From positions 1-60,193 of IMG/VR virus record IMGVR_UViG_3300038557_000055: a stretch of DNA of 60,193 nucleotides; one strand, 5' to 3'. This DNA comes from a virus. Taxonomy: Duplodnaviria; Caudoviricetes. The translations under genes were made by a program, and so were the position numbers. Below are positions 27,123-35,811 of the stretch, piece after piece. Under the pieces are notes generated by a model. The model searched no databases. It was not told the DNA's origin and was given only the letters and a program-made list of their open reading frames with translations. Positions within the stretch are counted from its first letter, which is position 1. Each line of letters starts with the position of its first letter.

Positions 27123-27691
27123 CTGAATTGACCCTGGAAGCGCTCGGACTCGATCAGGAGAAGCTTTCCGAAAAGCTGGTCGACCGACTGGCGAAAAACG
27201 TGCTCACGAGCATCGGTTACGATCCCGATGGAGACGAATGGTTCGGAACGAGCCCGTTCGCGAACCGGCTCAACGAATTGGTGAGGGCTCGGCTCGATCA
27301 GGTCGTAAACGACTTGGCCGACAAGCACGTGTTGCCTCGTGTGAACGAGATGGTCGAAGGGCTGGTGCTGCAGGAGACCAACAAGTGGGGAGAGAAGGTG
27401 GGCAAAACTCTCACCTTCATCGAATACCTCACCCAGCGTGCCGACGCCTACATGTCAGAGCCGGTGAGCTACAACGGCAAGACGAAAGCCGAAGACAGCT
27501 ACAACTGGCGCCAGTCGACCACGCGTATCGCGTACATGGTCGACCAGCATCTCCAATATTCGATCTCGCGTGCCATGGAGCAGGCGATGAAGGATGCGAA
27601 CACCAGCATCGCCACGGGTCTCAAGGGCGCCGTCGAGAAGTCCCTCGGGGAAGTTCTGGAGAAGCTGAAAATCGATGTGAAGACGAAGTGA
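27119..27691 (+). CDS. Hypothetical helical protein
   Basis: GGAGG RBS; ATGA coupling. Confidence 0.7.
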   Translation: MTELTLEALGLDQEKLSEKLVDRLAKNVLTSIGYDPDGDEWFGTSPFANRLNELVRARLDQVVNDLADKHVLPRVNEMVEGLVLQETNKWGEKVGKTLTFIEYLTQRADAYMSEPVSYNGKTKAEDSYNWRQSTTRIAYMVDQHLQYSISRAMEQAMKDANTSIATGLKGAVEKSLGEVLEKLKIDVKTK

Positions 27692-27698
27692 GGGCAGG

Positions 27699-28184
27699 AT
27701 GATCCACCTTCCTCAGATATTCGTCGACATGGACGGCGTCCTGGCCGACTTCGACACCGGGTATGAGCAGCACTTCGGAATTCGGCCGAGCAAGTCTGAT
27801 GACAACGTCGATTGGGCGTTGGTTCGTCGGACAGACGGGTTCTACAGCAACCTGCCTCCTATGCCCGATTTCGAGCTGCTGTGGGCCGGCCTCATTCCCT
27901 TCTCACCGATCATCCTCACTGGTGTGCCGAGCTCGGTCGCAGAGGCCGCTGAAAACAAGCGCGCATGGGTTCGGAAGCATATCGGTCCAGATCAGCCGAT
28001 GATCGCGTGTCCATCGAAGGACAAGAGCCTTCACATGCGTCGGCCGGGCGACGTGCTGATCGACGATTGGGAGAAATACCGTTCCCTGTGGATCGGACGG
28101 GGAGGCAGGTGGATCACCCATATCTCTGCGGAAGCGTCCCTCGAACAGCTCGATGTGGTTCTCGTCGAGGCGGTGGCGCCATGA
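27699..28184 (+). CDS. HAD-family 5'(3')-nucleotidase (NT5C-like)
   Basis: FVDMDGVLADF, ILTG, K..WV, VLIDD. Confidence 0.88.
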   Translation: MIHLPQIFVDMDGVLADFDTGYEQHFGIRPSKSDDNVDWALVRRTDGFYSNLPPMPDFELLWAGLIPFSPIILTGVPSSVAEAAENKRAWVRKHIGPDQPMIACPSKDKSLHMRRPGDVLIDDWEKYRSLWIGRGGRWITHISAEASLEQLDVVLVEAVAP

Positions 28185-28333
28185 CCCTATTCCGCGTCCA
28201 CTACAACGACGGCAGCACGATGGATGTCGATGCTGACCGACCCGACAACGCCCGCAAGACAGCTCTGGAGACCCGCAAGGGCATCATCACGAAGGTCAAG
28301 GTGGTGAAGGAGAAGGCCGAGGCCGATGGCTAG
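28181..28333 (+). CDS. Small hypothetical protein
   Basis: ATGA coupling; MTLFRVHY. Confidence 0.55.
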   Translation: MTLFRVHYNDGSTMDVDADRPDNARKTALETRKGIITKVKVVKEKAEADG

Positions 28334-29690
28334 AGATAGACGCCCACCCGCAACGCGTTCCCCCTATGAAATGATTGGCAGATCGATGTTCGAAAAAATT
28401 CAGAAGCCACAGGAAACGAAGCAGGATCACGTGCAGGGGTGCGGCGATCCCAATTGCCAGATTTGCATGCCGAAGGGCGGCTCTGGAGGAGGGAGCAAGG
28501 TCTCTGGTGACGATGTTTCGTGGATCGTCCCCGATGGGAGCATCGAGGATGTGGTTGCCAGGGAACTTCTCTTCAGAGCCGGGAGGCTTACCTTCAGTGG
28601 AGTGGATACATCCGACCCGAAGCGCGCAGCGAGGGATAAGGAACGAGAGCTCCGCCGAAAAGTTGAGCAGTATTTGCTCAAGACACAGCATTCGCTGGCA
28701 TGGGACGATGTGATCGGAAACGAGGCAGCCCGCACGGCCCTCGTCGAAGCCATTGAACATCCGCTGGTGCACAAGGATCTCTATGCTCACTACCAGAAGA
28801 AGCCGACGAAGGGCGTCTTGCTCTACGGAGCGCCGGGCAACGGTAAGACCATGTTCGGCAAAGCTGCAGCTTCGATTCTCGCCAAGCTCAACAAGCAAGC
28901 CGGCGACGTGACGATGCTGTCGATCAAGGGGCCTTCGATCCAGAGCCCTTATGTCGGTGTCACCGAAGGGATCATTCGGGACATCTTCGCCTACGCGGCT
29001 GCTTACAAGGCACTGCATGACGTGCCTCTGGTCGTCTTCATCGACGAGGCAGACTCTATCCTTCCCAGCCGCGACGGGTCGAATAGCAGGCGAGCTCTTC
29101 CATGGGAGGAATCCAACGTCGCGACGTTCCTTGCCGAGATGGACGGCCTCGACGAATCCGGCGCGCTCGTGATCCTCGCGACCAACCGACCAGAGTCCAT
29201 CGACGCCGCGATCCTTCGGGACGGTCGATGTGACCGGAAGATCAAGGTCGAGCGGCCCGACGAGGAGGCATCACGGCAGATCATCCTGCGCAATCTCGTC
29301 CACGTGCCTCTGTCACCAGGTGAAACGGCCGAGGAGTGCGCCACCTATGCCGCTGGCTACCTGTTCGACTGGTCTCATCGCATTGCGAGGCTGAAAACCG
29401 ACAAGGGACCAGATTTCTTGACGCTCGGCCATATCGTGAGCGGGGCAATGGTGGTTGGCTTGGTCGAGGTCGCCAAGGGTGTCGCGTTCCGGCGCGATCT
29501 GGCGGCTGGCGGTGTACCGACAGGCATCTGCAAAGACGATATCCGCGTTGCGATCGACACGGTTTTCGAGCAGAACCGGGGCCTCACTCACGAGTACGCC
29601 CTTCGCGACTACATCGAACGCCACGACATCAAGAAGATGTCAATGGAGTTCGTGCGGGTCGAGTATCCCGAACAGCAAGTGATCCACTGA
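28326..29690 (+). CDS. Classic-clade AAA ATPase (ARC/Mpa/CDC48-like)
   Basis: GVLLYGAPGNGKT, FIDEADS, ATNRPESIDAAILRDGRCDRKIKVERPD, SGAMV. Confidence 0.92.
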   Translation: MARDRRPPATRSPYEMIGRSMFEKIQKPQETKQDHVQGCGDPNCQICMPKGGSGGGSKVSGDDVSWIVPDGSIEDVVARELLFRAGRLTFSGVDTSDPKRAARDKERELRRKVEQYLLKTQHSLAWDDVIGNEAARTALVEAIEHPLVHKDLYAHYQKKPTKGVLLYGAPGNGKTMFGKAAASILAKLNKQAGDVTMLSIKGPSIQSPYVGVTEGIIRDIFAYAAAYKALHDVPLVVFIDEADSILPSRDGSNSRRALPWEESNVATFLAEMDGLDESGALVILATNRPESIDAAILRDGRCDRKIKVERPDEEASRQIILRNLVHVPLSPGETAEECATYAAGYLFDWSHRIARLKTDKGPDFLTLGHIVSGAMVVGLVEVAKGVAFRRDLAAGGVPTGICKDDIRVAIDTVFEQNRGLTHEYALRDYIERHDIKKMSMEFVRVEYPEQQVIH

Positions 29691-29702
29691 GGGGAGGCGG
29701 AC

Positions 29703-30338
29703 ATGAGTGTTTCAGCATATCCGCTTCATTGGCCGGTTGGTCGGCCGCGCAAGGAAAACCGCAAACGAGCGGCCTTCGGGAAGAGGGTGAAAAACGGCAA
29801 GTGGGATGAGACCAAGGATCTCACGGTTGCCGATGCGATCTCACGGCTCCAGCAGGAAATCGACCGGCTCGGTGCTCGTCTGCCGGTGATCTCCAGCAAT
29901 CTGGAGCCTCGGCTCGATGGGCTTCCAAGATCAGGGCAATCGGAACCTCGCGACCCGGGCGTTGCCCTCTATTTCGATCTGAACGGCAAGCCGCACTGCA
30001 TGCCCTGCGATACCTATGACCGGGTAGCGGACAACATCGCAGCCATTGCCAAGCACATCGAGGCGACAAGGGCGATTGATCGGTTTGGTGTCGCGACGGT
30101 GGCCGAGATGTTCACGGGCTTTGCAGCTCTGCCGGCACCGGGTGCGAAACGAGGCTGGCGCGAAGTGATGGACTTCATGCCAGGTGATGACCCTCAGATC
30201 ACAGTCGCCGTAATCGAAAGCCGTTATCGTCGCTTGGCTTCCACTCGGCACCCCGATAGGCCCGGCGGTTCCCACGACATGATGGCCGAACTGAATGCCG
30301 CGCGCGACGAAGCGCTGAAGGCGGTTCGCAATGACTGA
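29703..30338 (+). CDS. Phage J-domain (DnaJ-like) protein
   Basis: AYPLHWP N-terminus; C-terminal YRRLA..RHPDRPGGS..MMAELNAARDEAL. Confidence 0.88.
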   Translation: MSVSAYPLHWPVGRPRKENRKRAAFGKRVKNGKWDETKDLTVADAISRLQQEIDRLGARLPVISSNLEPRLDGLPRSGQSEPRDPGVALYFDLNGKPHCMPCDTYDRVADNIAAIAKHIEATRAIDRFGVATVAEMFTGFAALPAPGAKRGWREVMDFMPGDDPQITVAVIESRYRRLASTRHPDRPGGSHDMMAELNAARDEALKAVRND

Positions 30339-30449
30339 TCGCGGTATCCGCTTTTCCCCAGCCATGGTTCGCGAATTGCTGGCGGGCAGTCCGTGGGTTG
30401 TCGTCGTCTCGTTTACGGTCGAGCAGCGCAACATTGATCAGGCGCACCC

Positions 30450-30803
30450 ATGAGCAGCGATCGCATTCCGTGCTGCGTGCCGTTCTGCCGGCGCACCCGC
30501 CGAGATGATGGAAGCTTCTCGGAATGGATTTGTGGAAAGCATTGGGCACTGGTCAGCCGCAAGGCTAAGCTGATGAAGCGCCGTAGCGAGGCAGCATACG
30601 ACGCCGCGAAGCTGGAATGTGAAGAGATATCGAGCGAAGGCGATGAGTTCGCCAGGACGCAAGGCGGCGGCATTGCCGTCTCGCAAGAGATCATCGACCG
30701 CCTTCGGGTGGCTGCCGCCAAGCACCAAAGGAAGTGGGCTCAGGCCGGTCGGGCATGGGATCGATGCAAGCGTCAAGCGATCGAGCGGTCAGGGGGCATC
30801 TGA
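30450..30803 (+). CDS. Hypothetical Cys/His protein
   Basis: CCVPFCRRT...ICGKHW. Confidence 0.65.
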   Translation: MSSDRIPCCVPFCRRTRRDDGSFSEWICGKHWALVSRKAKLMKRRSEAAYDAAKLECEEISSEGDEFARTQGGGIAVSQEIIDRLRVAAAKHQRKWAQAGRAWDRCKRQAIERSGGI

Positions 30804-31087
30804 TGCGAGACCTATTCGGCCCGGTTCCTCGCAAGCCGCCGCTCATTCGGATGCGAGCCATGGACCATGGATCCGCGCCGGGACTAATGCCCGGATGGAA
30901 AACGACGAATGGCGCTCACTTCCGGTGCTGGCGCTGCAATCATGATGCCGGCTGGCATTTCAACATGAGCGATGGCGAAGTCCGTCGCGGCATTCCATGC
31001 CCTGTCTGCAACGGCGCTCCGACCGAGCCTAGTTTAACCGAACCAAGTTCTCGACACTCGGGTCGAAAGCCTTCAGCCACCGGTTGA
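30803..31087 (+). CDS. Small zinc-ribbon protein
   Basis: CWRC...CPVC; TGATG coupling. Confidence 0.6.
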   Translation: MRDLFGPVPRKPPLIRMRAMDHGSAPGLMPGWKTTNGAHFRCWRCNHDAGWHFNMSDGEVRRGIPCPVCNGAPTEPSLTEPSSRHSGRKPSATG

Positions 31088-31382
31088 TTTTGCCCATCGT
31101 TTCGAACGGAGGAGGGGACATCAGCCTGGTGTCCTCGGCCTTCCGCCATCCATCACCGACTATGCCGCAGATTGGGATGGCCATGAACTGGTCGACCGAG
31201 CGCGGCAGCCCATCGGTCACAAACCGAAACTCATAGTCCGGAAAACGCTTCCCCATGTGGACGCGCAGCCGGTCGACCACAGCCTCATCGTCGTAACGCG
31301 GATCAATAGGCAGAACGACGATGAACTGGCTCGCCTCGACCTGTCCGAGCCGGGTTTTCTTCGTGACGGCGACAATACTCAT
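31029..31382 (-). CDS. Hypothetical protein, LexA-boxed
   Basis: GGAGG RBS; MSIVAVTKK. Confidence 0.65.
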   Translation of the reverse strand: MSIVAVTKKTRLGQVEASQFIVVLPIDPRYDDEAVVDRLRVHMGKRFPDYEFRFVTDGLPRSVDQFMAIPICGIVGDGWRKAEDTRLMSPPPFETMGKINRWLKAFDPSVENLVRLN

Positions 31383-31403
31383 AACTGCAATGCCTCCAGC
31401 TTT

Positions 31404-31418
31404 GTTCTTTTTCTGTTC
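31404..31418 (-). promoter_or_regulatory. Alphaproteobacterial LexA box
   Basis: GTTC-TTTTTCT-GTTC (GAAC-N7-GAAC on coding strand) just upstream of the RBS. Confidence 0.75.
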
Positions 31419-31551
31419 TCGTTTTACAACGAAGGAAAAATCGAGTCCAGAGGCACGAATCACAGCTTTTGTGAACGATGTTTTGCGATTGTCTTCAAAT
31501 AGATAACGGTCAACAATGGTGAACGGTTTGTTTTGAGGTGTTCGCTCATTG

Positions 31552-31580
31552 TTGACGATCTCTGAATTTTCGCGCAACTT
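31552..31580 (+). promoter_or_regulatory. Candidate late-operon promoter
   Basis: TTGACG-17 nt-CAACTT (weak -10) downstream of an AT-rich stretch. Confidence 0.35.
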
Positions 31581-31649
31581 GCATGCGACTCGGGGCAGTG
31601 CGCCCAGAGGAAACTTCGCCAATCTCCGCACTCCACCCTCAATGCCGGC

Positions 31650-31882
31650 TAGAGGTTCATAGCTGCTGCTCGCTCCTGAGAAGAGCCCGCGCGGGGAGGC
31701 GGTGGCGGGTAGCTAGTCCCTCCCTGTCGTCGTCAAGGATAAGCGGGAAAGCTGCGGCGCCGGTAAATCATCAGTTCGGACGGCAGCCTGGAAAGACGAA
31801 GACAGGTAACGCTATGATCCAGCGCGCCGAGCTGGGGAGCCGCCAAGGTGAGCAGCGGGAGTTGGACGCCCCGCCCGTCCGT
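31650..31882 (+). ncRNA. Candidate pseudoknotted RNA element at the head of the late operon
   Basis: Crossing helices plus several hairpins with G-U pairs valid on + strand. Confidence 0.55.
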
Positions 31883-31884
31883 GA

Positions 31885-32349
31885 ATGACAATACCATCCT
31901 TTCGAAGGCTGACAGCCCCGCGTCTTGGCGGCGATCGGGTCCGCACCCATGAAGCGCCGCGAGGCACACGACACCAGCGCGGCTATGACGCGGAATGGGT
32001 AGAGCTGCGCGACGAGTACCGCCGGCAGATCAAGGGCAGGTGCGAGGAATGCGCCCGGCGGGGCTATTTCAAGCACTGCGACGTGATCGACCACATCATT
32101 CCGGTCACGGATGCACCTGATCTGAGGTTGAAGCGGGAGAACCTGCAAGGGCTTTGCCACAGCCATCACAACGGCTGGAAACGGCTGATGGAAGCCTATG
32201 CCAGGAAGAGCGGCGCCACGTCGCTGCTGATTCAATGGTGCAGGCATCCCGAAACACGGCCGAGGCAGTTCCAGATTGTGAAATTCGGTCCGCTCAAGGA
32301 TCTTCTCGATGCAGACCAAAGAGAAGACCGAGCAGTCGGCGACGAATGA
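31885..32349 (+). CDS. Terminase-associated HNH endonuclease (HK97 gp74-like)
   Basis: RGYDAEW..LR, CEEC, DHIIP, NLQGLCHSHHN; adjacent to terS. Confidence 0.9.
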   Translation: MTIPSFRRLTAPRLGGDRVRTHEAPRGTRHQRGYDAEWVELRDEYRRQIKGRCEECARRGYFKHCDVIDHIIPVTDAPDLRLKRENLQGLCHSHHNGWKRLMEAYARKSGATSLLIQWCRHPETRPRQFQIVKFGPLKDLLDADQREDRAVGDE

Positions 32350-32713
32350 GGGTGGAGCGGTTCATTTCCTGCCTTCGTTCGAGGAAATTCCGCCGTCGAA
32401 CATCCCGCTCCTCGAGTCCGGGAACAAGGTCTATCAGGAGTGGTGCCGGACCCTCATAAAGTCCGGTCTCCTCACGCTGAAGACCCGCGAATACGTCGAG
32501 ATGCTGGCCATCGCGACGGACGACATCGCCTACGCGATCGAAAAGGGTAAGCGCCCGACGCGACAGGCGATGGAAGCCAAGCGCGCCGCGATGATGAAGC
32601 TGGAAAAGCTCGATGCCAACCAGTCCATCGTCACGCCGGCCGGCGGTGAGCAAGCTTATTCAGCGTTTGGGTTCGCGCGACGAGCTCGAAACCGGCGCCA
32701 CGGTAAAAATTGA
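32309..32713 (+). CDS. Terminase small subunit (putative)
   Basis: Position between HNH and TerL; helical P27-like composition. Confidence 0.7.
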   Translation: MQTKEKTEQSATNEGGAVHFLPSFEEIPPSNIPLLESGNKVYQEWCRTLIKSGLLTLKTREYVEMLAIATDDIAYAIEKGKRPTRQAMEAKRAAMMKLEKLDANQSIVTPAGGEQAYSAFGFARRARNRRHGKN

Positions 32714-34436
32714 GGACAAGGAGTACCCCGATTACGTCGGTATCGGCGTCGCCTATGCCGAACTGATCGCCAATGAGCAGATTCCGGCCTGCCGGTATCT
32801 CATCATGGCGGCCAAGCGGTTTTTGGCGATGTACGCCGAGGCCAAGGCCGGCGCGGGCGACATCTACTGGTCCGACGAGCACGCCATCGAGCCGTGCGCC
32901 TTCATCGAGACGCTGACCCACGTCAAAGGCGTCCTGGCGAAGGAGAAGATCCGGCTCGAAGCGTGGCAAATCTGGGTCGTTGTCGCGATCTACGGTTTTC
33001 GCTGGACCGACACGGGCGATCGCGTCGTCAACATTGCCCAGCTCGAGATCACTCGAAAGCAGGGCAAGTCGCTTCTGGCCGCCGGCATCGCGCTCTACGA
33101 GCTCGGCCCGAACGCCTACATCGGCGACGACCTCTACATCATCGCTCCCACCGCGGCCCTGGCACAGAAGGTGCTGGAGCCGATGAAGAAGATGGTGGAG
33201 TACAACCCGTCTCTGAAGGAGCATTACGGCATCGTCGCTCTGAACGAGCGGATCGATGTAGCCCAAACCGAGAGCTACGCGACGATCCTGTCCTCATCGG
33301 GCAAGAAACAGGATGGTCACGACCCAAAGGTGGTGATCGCGGACGAATTCCACTCGCTGCCGGCGTCGATCTTCAACGTCATGAAGTCATCGCAAGGCGC
33401 TCGGCCGGAGAGCTTGTTCCTCGAGATCGGATCGGCGGGGTACAACGCCTTCGGTGTGGGCTGGGACGAGCGAAACCTCGGCATAGAGGTCTTGGAGGGC
33501 AAGCGCAGCCGGCCGGAGCTGTTCGTAGCGCTCTGGACCATCGATCCGGAGGATCACGGCAACTGGCGCAGCGAGCGCGTCATCCGGAAGTGCAACCCGA
33601 ATTTCGGCATCTCGACCCCGAAGCGGAAGGTTCTTCAGGAAGTCGAGGAAATCTACACAAATCCGCGGAACAAGAACGAGACTCTGCGCACCAGGTTCAA
33701 CATCTGGGGTCTTGGCGAGAGCCGGATCATTTCAGCGGACCAGTGGGCCTCTTGTGAGCTGAAGGGCATCACGCGGAAGGACTTCAAGGGCGATTCCTGC
33801 TGGATCGGCGTGGATCTTGCGACCCGAAACGACATGGTTTGCTGGGTTGCGGAGTTCGAGCTCGACGATTTCGTCGTTTTCTTCGCAAAACACTATGTTC
33901 CGGAGCATGGACCTTGGCGTGATGACGAAGAGGTCCGCGATATCTACCAGAAATGGCACGAAGACGGGATTTTGACCTTCACGCCCGGCTCGTTCCACAC
34001 CTACACGGAAATTGAGGCTGATCTGCTCGATCTCTGCGACTTCCACAAGGTCGAGATGATCGCGATCGACGACCGTGAAGCCAACGCCATGATGGGCGCC
34101 CTGGCGAAAAAGGGGAAGCCGGTCGTTTCGTTCCGGAAGAACGCCACGAACTACTCTGAGCCGTGCAAGGACATCATCGCCCGGGCGGTGGGGAAGTCGA
34201 AGGGGCTGGCCCACGACGGCAACGAGGTCTTGGCCTGGAACGTCGAGAACGTGATTGGCGGCTTCAATACCGCCGAGCTCATCCTTCCGAAGAAGGTCAC
34301 TGAGCACTCGCCGATGAAGATCGACGGGTTCGACGGCATGTGCATGGCTCACGCCTGCTACATGCAGCAAGTCGACCCGAAGAAAGTCATGAAGCCCCAG
34401 CCGATGATTGCTCGCGGCATGCGCGTGTTGGACTGA
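32613..34436 (+). CDS. terL: Terminase large subunit (start uncertain)
   Basis: LEAWQ, ITRKQGKS Walker A, IADEFH Walker B, GVDLA, KIDGFD. Confidence 0.96.
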   Translation: MPTSPSSRRPAVSKLIQRLGSRDELETGATVKIEDKEYPDYVGIGVAYAELIANEQIPACRYLIMAAKRFLAMYAEAKAGAGDIYWSDEHAIEPCAFIETLTHVKGVLAKEKIRLEAWQIWVVVAIYGFRWTDTGDRVVNIAQLEITRKQGKSLLAAGIALYELGPNAYIGDDLYIIAPTAALAQKVLEPMKKMVEYNPSLKEHYGIVALNERIDVAQTESYATILSSSGKKQDGHDPKVVIADEFHSLPASIFNVMKSSQGARPESLFLEIGSAGYNAFGVGWDERNLGIEVLEGKRSRPELFVALWTIDPEDHGNWRSERVIRKCNPNFGISTPKRKVLQEVEEIYTNPRNKNETLRTRFNIWGLGESRIISADQWASCELKGITRKDFKGDSCWIGVDLATRNDMVCWVAEFELDDFVVFFAKHYVPEHGPWRDDEEVRDIYQKWHEDGILTFTPGSFHTYTEIEADLLDLCDFHKVEMIAIDDREANAMMGALAKKGKPVVSFRKNATNYSEPCKDIIARAVGKSKGLAHDGNEVLAWNVENVIGGFNTAELILPKKVTEHSPMKIDGFDGMCMAHACYMQQVDPKKVMKPQPMIARGMRVLD

Positions 34437-34437
34437 T

Positions 34438-35802
34438 ATGGCCAAAAAGTCGACGAAAAGCACCGGGATGGCTGTCCGCTCCGGCAGCGACGGGCCGTGG
34501 TCCACGGTCCAGCTCGGTGATCGCTACTCGAAGGGTCTATACGTCTTCGGCACGCGCCAGCAGCTTTTCACGCTGTCGGTGAGCCTGCTTTGCATCGACG
34601 TGCTGCAGCAGGATGTCTCGAAAACGCCGTTTGAGCTCCGTCGCCGGGTCGCCGGTGGTGACGTTGCCGTGCCGGCGAACGAACATCCCGTCGCGGCGCT
34701 GTTGAGCGAGCCAAGTGAGTATTATGGCCCGAAAGAGTTCATGCGCATGCTCACGGCTCATCTGGTTACGGCCAGTGAGCATTTTGTAGCCATCCGTCGC
34801 GATCTAAGCGGAATTGGCGGTGGTGCTCCTTTGGAAATGCAGGGCATCCCGCGTCGTCAGACTGACGTTCGCACAGAGCCTGAGAACCGCCGCTACTTTT
34901 ACTATTTCCACCCAGGCTCGCTACACGAAATGGCGCAGTACGGCTGGGCGCGAGGCGGGCTGACAGATAAAGACGTCGCACACCTGCGAAAGAGGTCGCT
35001 CAACGGCATTGATGCCCTCGCGACTTCGCAGCTCATGAAGTCGACGCTCGACCTGCTCGAAGACATGCAGGAGTTCCAGTCCGGGATCTTCGCCAACGGC
35101 GGCATGCCGATCATGGCGTTCGCCTTCCCGGAAGGAATGACCGATGAACAGTTCAAGCGGCTCAACACGGACCTACGATCGGCCGCTGACAAGGCTCGGC
35201 GCGAGGGCAAGCCCTTCATCCTCGAGGGCGCCGACGGCAACGTTCCCCAGGTCCACAAGGTTTCGCTCTCAGCGGTTGATACGGAGTTTGTGAAGGCTCA
35301 CGCGTCGGCTGGGCTGGAGGCAACACGGTATTTCCGCGTGCCGCCGCACAAGGTCTATCTGACCGAGACGATCAAGTACGACAATCTGGCCGCTGAAGAG
35401 CGCCGATATGTCGACGAGGCTCTATGCCCGATCTTCGAGGTGGTCGAGGAGGGGTTCGGCAAGGTTCTGCTGACCAAGGAAGAGCGCCGAGAGTTCTTTT
35501 TCAGGTTCGACCGCGAGCAGGCTTACACCTCCGACCCCGAAATTCGCCAGAAGATCATCGAAAGTCGCTGGAAATCGGGGCTGATCACCAAAAACGAGGC
35601 CCGGAAAGCCAATGGGCTGAATGCCATCGGCGACGCGGGCGAGGTCTACATGGTTTCGGGCAATTTCGTGCTCACCGACCTCAATAACGAGGTGATCCTG
35701 AAGGCCGGCGGCAATCAGCCGGGTTCGGACGAGACCAATGCGCCGGCCGAGCAGAAAACGGCCGAAATCGAACAAGCCCGCCACCTCAAAGTGGTGAAAT
35801 AG
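34438..35802 (+). CDS. HK97-family portal protein
   Basis: HPVAALL..P, F.NGG.P, FRVPPH, ITKNEARK..GL. Confidence 0.93.
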   Translation: MAKKSTKSTGMAVRSGSDGPWSTVQLGDRYSKGLYVFGTRQQLFTLSVSLLCIDVLQQDVSKTPFELRRRVAGGDVAVPANEHPVAALLSEPSEYYGPKEFMRMLTAHLVTASEHFVAIRRDLSGIGGGAPLEMQGIPRRQTDVRTEPENRRYFYYFHPGSLHEMAQYGWARGGLTDKDVAHLRKRSLNGIDALATSQLMKSTLDLLEDMQEFQSGIFANGGMPIMAFAFPEGMTDEQFKRLNTDLRSAADKARREGKPFILEGADGNVPQVHKVSLSAVDTEFVKAHASAGLEATRYFRVPPHKVYLTETIKYDNLAAEERRYVDEALCPIFEVVEEGFGKVLLTKEERREFFFRFDREQAYTSDPEIRQKIIESRWKSGLITKNEARKANGLNAIGDAGEVYMVSGNFVLTDLNNEVILKAGGNQPGSDETNAPAEQKTAEIEQARHLKVVK

Positions 35803-35811
35803 GAGGCCACG

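Noticed and set aside
31540-31554. Third LexA box (GTTCGCTCATTGTTG)
   Set aside because: Mismatch in a conserved half-site; cannot be supported without binding data
31672-31800. Hammerhead ribozyme or TPP riboswitch
   Set aside because: CTGAGAA does not fit CUGANGA, and the remaining TPP core motifs were not found
31650-32349. IscB/HEARO-type RNA-guided nuclease
   Set aside because: The HNH is a 154-aa gp74-like protein lacking RuvC/PLMP parts and overlaps terS; no IS ends seen
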